Positions 9,035-15,557 of a stretch of DNA of 16,860 nt are shown here, in pieces (position 1 is the first letter of the stretch; every line of letters starts with the position of its first letter). The stretch comes from Candidatus Methylomirabilia bacterium. Lineage in GTDB: Bacteria; Methylomirabilota; Methylomirabilia; Rokubacteriales; CSP1-6. The stretch lies in contig JBHIBG010000058.1 of NCBI GenBank assembly GCA_046758965.1, forward strand, positions 1 to 16,860. The letters run 5' to 3'. Below the pieces are notes generated by a model that had not been told where the DNA came from, did no database searches, and saw nothing but the letters and a program-made list of their open reading frames with translations. The translations under genes were made by a program, and so were the position numbers.

Positions 9035-9955
9035 CTAGGAGGGGGTCCCGCCCGCTTCCCGGCCGCCCCTATTCAGGGAGCCAACCGGATGTGAAGGAGC
9101 AGGGGCGCGGGCCGACGCAGGAGAGGGCTCGACCTGCTCCCGCAGGATGGCGCGGAGAAGCTGATGGTGGAGGGCATGGCCGGCGTTTCTGGCAACCAGA
9201 TGGCCGACGACCGGCCGGCCCAGAAGCCACAAGTCGCCCATCAGGTCCAGGACCTTGTGACGGACGAACTCGTCGGGGTAGCGAAGGTTCCCGTTGAGCA
9301 CACTCTTTCTGCCGACCACGACGGCATTGTCCAGAGAGCCGCCCCGAGCCAGCCCGTTCTTCCGCATGGTCCCCACGTCTTTGAGGAAGCCGTAGGTCCG
9401 CGCGGAGGCCAGCTCCTCCACAAACACTCGTTCAGTGCAGGAGAAGGAAGCCACTTGGGTCCCGACGGCGGGGTGATCCAGGTCCAGGGTGTAGCTGATG
9501 CGGAAGGTCTCAGCAGGAACTATGCGGAGCCATCGGGCGCCCTCACCGACCTGAATCGGCTTGGTGATGATCAGGGGCCGCCGCGCCCCCGGGAACTCCA
9601 CCTTGCCGGCGGCGTAGAGGAGCGCCACAAACGGCATGGCGCTGCCGTCCAGGGCCGGGATCTCCTCCCCCTCGACCTCGACCAGGAGGCTGTCGATCCC
9701 CAGGGCCGCGGCGGCCGCCATGAGATGCTCGACCGTCTGAACCCGCGTCCCGTTCACGCCGACAGTCGTGGCGAAGTGCGAGTCCACGACATATTCGGGG
9801 GAGGCGGGGATCAGATCCTGTCGAGAGTCACCGGCGCGGAAGACGATGCCTGAACTGGCCGGCGCCGGGAAAAGAGTGATCCGAGAGGGTCGGCCCGAGT
9901 GAAGCCCGACTCCCTCCGCTGACACCGGCGTTTCAATCGTGAAACTCGCGTCCAT
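9035..9955 (-). CDS. lpxC: UDP-3-O-acyl-N-acetylglucosamine deacetylase
   Basis: Motifs GVGLHSG, TVEHLMAA (Zn His), EIPALDGSA, ARTYGF, LARGGSLDNA, EFVRHKVLDLMGD (Zn His/Asp) and AGHALH. Start placed at ATG 9955 because the ORF-track TTG at 9991 falls inside the sigma54 motif. Confidence 0.96.
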   Translation of the reverse strand: MDASFTIETPVSAEGVGLHSGRPSRITLFPAPASSGIVFRAGDSRQDLIPASPEYVVDSHFATTVGVNGTRVQTVEHLMAAAAALGIDSLLVEVEGEEIPALDGSAMPFVALLYAAGKVEFPGARRPLIITKPIQVGEGARWLRIVPAETFRISYTLDLDHPAVGTQVASFSCTERVFVEELASARTYGFLKDVGTMRKNGLARGGSLDNAVVVGRKSVLNGNLRYPDEFVRHKVLDLMGDLWLLGRPVVGHLVARNAGHALHHQLLRAILREQVEPSPASARAPAPSHPVGSLNRGGREAGGTPS

Positions 9956-9986
9956 ATCGCCCAAGAGGTCGCCGGGGTATACATTC

Positions 9987-10002
9987 AGCAATATGCATAC
10001 CA
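9987..10002 (-). promoter_or_regulatory. Sigma54 (-24/-12) promoter upstream of lpxC
   Basis: Minus strand TGGTATGCATATTGCT: GG-N10-GC spacing, close to consensus TGGCAC-N5-TTGC, 31 nt upstream of the lpxC ATG. Confidence 0.8.
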
Positions 10003-10077
10003 GGAGGGAGCGATCAAGTAATTCTCTTTGTTTCCTGCTAGTTAAGCTCTCGCTACTGCCTAGGATCCTCGAGAGGT

Positions 10078-10126
10078 GTGGCGCTTGTGAGACAGTTCAC
10101 CGCGACAACTGTCGTTTTTCTGCCAC
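10078..10126. promoter_or_regulatory. Candidate upstream activator sequence (paired enhancer-binding-protein sites)
   Basis: Dyad GTGGC-N8-GACAGTT-N9-AACTGTC-N8-GCCAC centred about 125 bp upstream of the predicted sigma54 start site. Confidence 0.65.
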
Positions 10127-10220
10127 GCAAACCGGGGTCCGAGCCAAGCCCGGTCCGACCGAAGAGAGTCATCATCCGACGGCTCTCAGGCCTTTGACCC
10201 AGGAGTCGTGAGTTCTCGAG

Positions 10221-11087
10221 TCAGTCACCCCAGACCACCGTGCTGTGCATCCAGCCTTGGGTGCCGCCTAGGCCTTCCACCTTGACCCACTGATCCTTCC
10301 GGTCCAGCACCCGAAAGGTCGTGCCTGCCAACACGCTGGATACCACCCGGTAATCTGTTCCTGGCCCTGACCGGAGGTTGCCCCGGTTGGCCTTGACGAC
10401 GACCGCTGAGCGGGTGTCTGTTAACGGCGCAAAAATCCACCCTTCGTACCCTTCAAAATCCACGGTCTCAAACCATTGGCCCCGCCTGGAGACGACCCGC
10501 AAGGGGTAGTTCTTCCCCACCTTCCAGAGGCGCGCGGTGTTAGTCCCGGGGCCTTCCCGGATGTTGGCGGTAGCCACCTTGACCCGGACGAACCGGATTC
10601 CGGTTTTCCCGTTGACCCCGTCCCCCCAGACGAGCGGCCGATAGATCCAGCCCCGGTCGCCATCGGCATGCTGGACCTGGAGCCACTGCCCCTTCTCTTC
10701 GAGCAGCCTGAAGGACACCCCGCGGTCCGCCCGGTGCACCACCGGCTGGTCCAGCCCCGGCCTCAGGCGGATGTTCGCCCACTTCTGCACGCCCTTCACG
10801 ATCACCGCCGGCTTGGCATCGGTCAGCGGCGCGTAGATCCACCCCTTGTACCCCTCGAAGTCCTCGACCTTGAGCCACTGCCCCTTCCGTTCCACCACAC
10901 GCAACGGATCGTTCCGATAAGCCCGCCAGACGCGCGTGAACTGCGTACCCGGGCCCTCCCGCACGTTGGCCATCTCCACCTTGACCCGGACGAAGTCAGC
11001 CGCGTGGACCATCGCCGGGCCCGCCAGATCGACGGCGCCCAGAAGGACCAGTAGCCCACACCACAATCGCCAGCCCTTCACCTGCAT
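10221..11087 (-). CDS. Exported protein with four tandem bacterial SH3 (SH3b) domains
   Basis: Signal peptide ending VHA-AD; four repeats of N[VIL]RxxPG...GQW/DQW...GW[IM]; no catalytic domain; purine-rich RBS GAGGGGGAG. Confidence 0.9.
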   Translation of the reverse strand: MQVKGWRLWCGLLVLLGAVDLAGPAMVHAADFVRVKVEMANVREGPGTQFTRVWRAYRNDPLRVVERKGQWLKVEDFEGYKGWIYAPLTDAKPAVIVKGVQKWANIRLRPGLDQPVVHRADRGVSFRLLEEKGQWLQVQHADGDRGWIYRPLVWGDGVNGKTGIRFVRVKVATANIREGPGTNTARLWKVGKNYPLRVVSRRGQWFETVDFEGYEGWIFAPLTDTRSAVVVKANRGNLRSGPGTDYRVVSSVLAGTTFRVLDRKDQWVKVEGLGGTQGWMHSTVVWGD

Positions 11088-11141
11088 CGATTCTCCCCCC
11101 TCTCGCGGCGACGGGTCGTCGACCCCTTGCTCGCTGCAAGT

Positions 11142-11169
11142 AGACTAGCACTCGGGGTGGACCTTCCAA
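11142..11169 (-). promoter_or_regulatory. Possible sigma70 promoter of the SH3b gene
   Basis: TTGGAA-N16-TAGTCT with extended -10 TGc. Confidence 0.35.
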
Positions 11170-11209
11170 AATTTTGAGCCGGGCGGACCGCGACCCCGTC
11201 ACCGTTGAT

Positions 11210-11248
11210 CCTCTCCCCCTTCGAGGGGGAGAGGGGCGGGGTGAGGGG
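11210..11248. repeat. REP-like palindrome of the CCCCTCACCCC..CCTCTCCC..GGGAGAGG type
   Basis: Perfect 11-bp stem CCTCTCCCCCT-TCG-AGGGGGAGAGG (11210-11234) followed by GGCGGGGTGAGGGG, 9 nt past the stop of the upstream gene. Confidence 0.8.
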
Positions 11249-11257
11249 AGGCAGTCC

Positions 11258-12007
11258 TCAATAACACCCCGGACAGAGGGCGCGCCGGAACTCGGCCAGC
11301 TCCTTCCGGGGAAGTTCAGGACTCCCCTCGAGCTTTTTCGCAAACGCGGCGGGGTCCCGGTAGGCGGCCTCGCTGATCTTGGCCGCGAGGCGAAGGGTCT
11401 TCTTCATGCTCCGGTCCATGGCCCGGCCGAGGATAGGGGAGAGGAGACGCGCGACGAGCTTGAAGAGGGGGTGGTCGATCATCACATAGCTGGAGAGGGT
11501 GCTATGCCCGTAGCTCTCCCCTCCCCTGACCCGGTGATGGTATTCCAAGACGAGGACCGCCCGCGCCCTGATGGTGAAAAGGAGTTTCTTGTAGGTCCCC
11601 CAGACAAAAAACACCCGCTTGGCCGGATCGGCATAGACCGTCTTGAAGTGCCCCTCCATCCCCCTGCCCTCGGTCCCCCCATAGTCCCGGAAGTCCCGCG
11701 CCTGGTAGCCCCCCGGTTCCCTCTGGATCCGGTACTTGCTGAGCCCCAGGGTTCGGGCGAGGCCTGTGGCGAAGTCGGGGTGATCCAAGAGGTACTCGTA
11801 GACCTCCTTCCGCGAGAGGAAGGTGAAGCCCTTGATCACTCGCGAAAGGATGGGGCGGCGAACAACGTCCTCCAGCGCTGCGCGGTCCTCCGGGCTGAGC
11901 GTGGAAAAGGGAATGGGGGCAGTGGCCTGGACTGCCGAAGTGGGGCCAAGCAGAAGGAGAAAGAACCCCGGACCGAGCACGAGCTGCTTCATGAGGGCTT
12001 TTCGCAT
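11258..12007 (-). CDS. Exported hypothetical protein (possible helix-grip / START-like fold)
   Basis: 249-aa ORF with GC3-biased codons and signal peptide (FFLLLLGPTSAVQA). Alternative start ATG 11992. The fold is inferred from pattern only. Confidence 0.8.
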   Translation of the reverse strand: MRKALMKQLVLGPGFFLLLLGPTSAVQATAPIPFSTLSPEDRAALEDVVRRPILSRVIKGFTFLSRKEVYEYLLDHPDFATGLARTLGLSKYRIQREPGGYQARDFRDYGGTEGRGMEGHFKTVYADPAKRVFFVWGTYKKLLFTIRARAVLVLEYHHRVRGGESYGHSTLSSYVMIDHPLFKLVARLLSPILGRAMDRSMKKTLRLAAKISEAAYRDPAAFAKKLEGSPELPRKELAEFRRALCPGCY

Positions 12008-12278
12008 TCTCGGCGGAAACCTCTCGCGACACGCTCGCTGATCCGGGATTCTCTCGGAATCCGCATACCGTGTCCGGTGCCTCCCATTTCAGATCGAAAT
12101 CATGATAACCGAACTGGCCCGAACCTCCCAGGCCCGCCGGGAGGCTCTCCGGTCAAACTCGGGGAGAACCAGCCCTGCGAACGAGTCAGGGCCGCCCCCC
12201 GCGGGCACTCCGGCTAAGAACGGCGGGGTTGACGAGCAGCCTGTTGCTCAGTTGGCCGGCGAGGAAGGCACAGGGTCG

Positions 12279-14570
12279 TCACGTTCGTGCTCGGAGGAAG
12301 AGGGAGATCCCCAAGCCGGCGAAGACCAGGTTTGCCGTCCACGCAGCCAAGAGAGGGGGGAGCATGTCTGCCCTGGCGAAGGAGATGGCCAGCGAGTGGA
12401 CAAACCAGTACCCTGCGGTGATCAAGATCGCCAGTGCGATCCCGATGATGCGTCCCCCGGCCGGGACCGCGATCGCAAAGGGGATTGCCACCAGCGGGAT
12501 GATCAAATGGATCACGGGAAAGGAGAGCTTTGCGTACAGCTTCACCAGGTACTTTCCGACTTTGTGGCCGCTCTCCTGGAGCCTGCGGAGGTAGGCCCGA
12601 AGTTCCAAGAAACTCATTTCCTCCGGGGAGTGGTGGATTTGTGCCAGATCCTGCAACGTCTCGGGCAGCTCGAGCGTCGTGACTTCGAACGGCCTTGCCT
12701 CCACCCCGCTTCCGGCCGCGAACTCCCGGAATATCCCTTCCCGGAATTCCCATCCCCGTGGGGCCCAGCGGGCTTGACGGGCGTCGAGCCGGTTCCGAAT
12801 GCGAAACTCGCGGTCGATCTGGAACACCGTCACATCGTCCATCACCTGTTCCACCGGGTCCAAAAGCTCGACCCGGAAGAAGTCCCCGTTCGAGCTCCGG
12901 TACCAGAGCCGGGCCTGACGCTGAATGTCTCTGGGTGGCCTCCCCTTGATCTCGACCCAAGCCACCTCTTCCGCCTTGGCGTTCAGCATCGGGAGGAGTG
13001 TCTCCTGGAACGCCACCGAGGCGATGCTCACGCCCAAGCCCACGAGCACGATGGGCAGGGCGATGCGGTAGAGGCTGACCCCTGCGGCTTTCAACGCCGT
13101 CAGCTCATGCTGGCGGGCCATTGACGCGAACAGGAAGATGGTGGCCACGAGGGTCACCACGGGGAGCCCGCGGTAGAGCTCTCCTGGAAGCAGATACGCG
13201 AGATGCTCGACAATGGCGCGAAGTGGTGGCCCGGTCCTCAGGTAGTGATGCACGGCATGAAAAAGCCGCCCGGTGACGATAAGCACGGCTCCCACCGCGA
13301 GGCCGTGCCCGAAGTAGATCAGGTGCTCCCTGATGAGATAACGGTCGATGAACCAGCTTCCGAGAATCCGGTCGCCGGCTCGCGGCGGCCCGGCAGGACG
13401 CTCCGAGGGGCGCGTGGGGCGAGCCGGGGAGTCCCCACGGGACGACAGACGCTCGGCCCACTTTCTCGGAACCTCCACCCGTGGCGCCCGGAACAGCACC
13501 AGCCCCAAACTGCTGAATAACAGGTTCGGGCTCCAGATGGCCAGCCAGGAGGGTATCCGCTCCATCAGCGCAATCCGTTCCAGCGAGGTGACGAGGAGGT
13601 AATAGCTCACGATGATCGCCAAGCTGCCGCCCAGGGCGATCGCGCGGCCGCCCCGGGGCGAGCGAGTCCCGAGCGCGAACCCCACGAGGGCAAAGACCAG
13701 GGCCGCCAGCGGCAAGGCAAAACGTTTGTGCAGCTCTACCTCGTACGGAGCGACGGTCTCGCCCTTCCCGTCCGGCTTGGTGGCGGCGAGAAGCTCACGG
13801 AGGGAGAGATTCCTCTCCGGTTTCCTCACCCGTGGTGCGCTCGAGAAGAGCGAGTCGATGGAGAGGTTCATATCGTAGACGCCGAAGGTCGTGTAGCGGT
13901 AGTGGCGTGGCTCACCGGCTTCGGACTCATGCAGAGCGCCATCGATGAACCGGAGGACGATTCGCCCGTTTTCCTCATCGGTCAGGAGCCGCCCCTGGGG
14001 CGCCGAGATGATCCGGGAGAGTTTCGGGTTGCGCTCGTCCGCCACAACCACTCCCCTCAGCCCCTCCCGTGAGGGCGTCAATTCCTCGACGTAGATCACG
14101 AGCCGATCGAAGGTGGTGTTGAACACTCGCTCCTTAATCCCGGTGGCGACACGGGTGCGGAGGATCTCAAAACGGTGATGCTGGAACGCCTCGTTCGCCC
14201 ACGGGGTGACTCCCAGCGTCAGAACGCCGGTGACCCCCGTCACGACAACCGCCGCGAGCAGGAACGGGCGGAAGAGCCGGAATGGGCTCACGCCCGAGGC
14301 CCGCAGCGCCACCACCTCCAGGTCTCCCGCCAGCCGACCGGCGGCCAGGAGCAGTGCGACCAGCAGTGCCACCGGCAGCGTATGGATCAGGAACGACGGG
14401 ACCATGAACACGAGGAGCCCCGCGACCGCGCGGAACGGGACCCCTTTGGTGACGACAAGGTCGGTAAGCTGGTAGATGCGGTCGATGATCAGGAAAAAGG
14501 TGAACAGCGCCCCGCAAATGACGAAGGGAGGGCCGAGCTCTTTGAGCACGTACCGATCGAGGATCCGCAT
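12279..14570 (-). CDS. lptF/lptG: Fused LptF-LptG LPS export ABC permease (two YjgP/YjgQ units)
   Basis: First half MRILDRYVLKE...LEVVALRASGVS...VELHKRFALPLA...WSPNLLF. Second half FIDRYLIRE...ELTALKAAGVSLYR...PEEMSFLEL...KLSFP...AAWTANLVF. Joined in frame by a Pro/Arg-rich linker. Confidence 0.92.
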   Translation of the reverse strand: MRILDRYVLKELGPPFVICGALFTFFLIIDRIYQLTDLVVTKGVPFRAVAGLLVFMVPSFLIHTLPVALLVALLLAAGRLAGDLEVVALRASGVSPFRLFRPFLLAAVVVTGVTGVLTLGVTPWANEAFQHHRFEILRTRVATGIKERVFNTTFDRLVIYVEELTPSREGLRGVVVADERNPKLSRIISAPQGRLLTDEENGRIVLRFIDGALHESEAGEPRHYRYTTFGVYDMNLSIDSLFSSAPRVRKPERNLSLRELLAATKPDGKGETVAPYEVELHKRFALPLAALVFALVGFALGTRSPRGGRAIALGGSLAIIVSYYLLVTSLERIALMERIPSWLAIWSPNLLFSSLGLVLFRAPRVEVPRKWAERLSSRGDSPARPTRPSERPAGPPRAGDRILGSWFIDRYLIREHLIYFGHGLAVGAVLIVTGRLFHAVHHYLRTGPPLRAIVEHLAYLLPGELYRGLPVVTLVATIFLFASMARQHELTALKAAGVSLYRIALPIVLVGLGVSIASVAFQETLLPMLNAKAEEVAWVEIKGRPPRDIQRQARLWYRSSNGDFFRVELLDPVEQVMDDVTVFQIDREFRIRNRLDARQARWAPRGWEFREGIFREFAAGSGVEARPFEVTTLELPETLQDLAQIHHSPEEMSFLELRAYLRRLQESGHKVGKYLVKLYAKLSFPVIHLIIPLVAIPFAIAVPAGGRIIGIALAILITAGYWFVHSLAISFARADMLPPLLAAWTANLVFAGLGISLFLRART

Positions 14571-14778
14571 CGTCTCAAGCCTCAGCGTCCGGCGCAGAAT
14601 CGCGCTCTCGGGAAGAGAACCCTCTCGTTCGGCGGACCTCCAGAGCGGAGGCTTCGCGGGTTCGTCAGGCTTTGGCCGGCTCGGAGGCCTCAGCAGCGAA
14701 GGCCGATCTGCGAGTCCGATTCAGGGCGGGGTCGGTGCGGGAAGCTTGAAACCGATGAGCTTCCCCGGCTCGGCGTTC

Positions 14779-15537
14779 CTAGAAGATCCTCTGCCGGCGG
14801 ACCCGATGATCCACGATGTCCTGGACCCACTTCCAGAAGCGCTTCTCTTCCTCGAGGCTCGGCAGCTGCTCGAGCTGCTCATGCCAGCCTTCCATGATCT
14901 CCGCTGCCACAGTCCAGATCCGGACCCGGGTCCGCGGGATGGTCCGTTCCCACTCCGTAGCGACCTTGGGGGTTGGGTAAAGGACTCGGATCGTCACGTT
15001 CCGCGCCAGGTACTCCAGCGACGAGACGTCGATCTGGTCGTAGACCCCCTCCACCACCCGCCCGTCGACACGAAAGTCGGGGATGCCGTCGCTCACGACC
15101 ACGATCGTGAGGGGGGCCAGGACCAGGCCCCGCTTTTGCACGACCTCAGACACCCGCTTGAAGAAGGCGTTGAAGTCCGTCAGGTAATTCCCCTGGATGC
15201 TGAAGAGCTCCCTGAGCTTCGCGTCGATCTCGCTGGCGCTCTTTCGCTCGAACACCTGGATGGGGTAGAAGGCCTTGGGCTCGTTCGGCGTGTTCCCCCC
15301 GATGGACCCTATGAAGAGGGCCCGCGGCTTCTCGAGCCCCCCTATGCCATTGAGGTGGCCGTAGAGGTAGTAGGAAAGAAACTTCATGCCGTCCCTGAAC
15401 TCGGGCGACCGGGTGAAGGATCCGCTCACGTCAACGCCCACGAAGAGAGAGAGACGGGGGTTCTCTTCCTGGGTGGGCGCGCAGCCCCATGTCAGCAGCA
15501 GCACGGCAAACAGCAGGACCTGAAGCCGACGTGTCAT
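14779..15537 (-). CDS. Lipoprotein with a von Willebrand factor A (MIDAS) domain
   Basis: Lipobox-like LTWG-C19; VGVDVSGS (DxSxS), TDF and IVVVSDG complete the MIDAS ligands; GGGGG RBS 8 nt upstream. Confidence 0.82.
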   Translation of the reverse strand: MTRRLQVLLFAVLLLTWGCAPTQEENPRLSLFVGVDVSGSFTRSPEFRDGMKFLSYYLYGHLNGIGGLEKPRALFIGSIGGNTPNEPKAFYPIQVFERKSASEIDAKLRELFSIQGNYLTDFNAFFKRVSEVVQKRGLVLAPLTIVVVSDGIPDFRVDGRVVEGVYDQIDVSSLEYLARNVTIRVLYPTPKVATEWERTIPRTRVRIWTVAAEIMEGWHEQLEQLPSLEEEKRFWKWVQDIVDHRVRRQRIF

Positions 15538-15557
15538 AGGTGATTCCCCCTGGTGCT

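Noticed and set aside
9956..9991. ORF-track N-terminal extension of lpxC from TTG 9991
   Set aside because: That TTG is part of the -12 element of the sigma54 motif; LpxC similarity begins after ATG 9955.
14571..14778. Possible small gene or lptFG extension between the vWA gene and lptFG
   Set aside because: The in-frame upstream stretch has no convincing start or RBS and is cut by a TGA; MRILDRY is the canonical LptF start.
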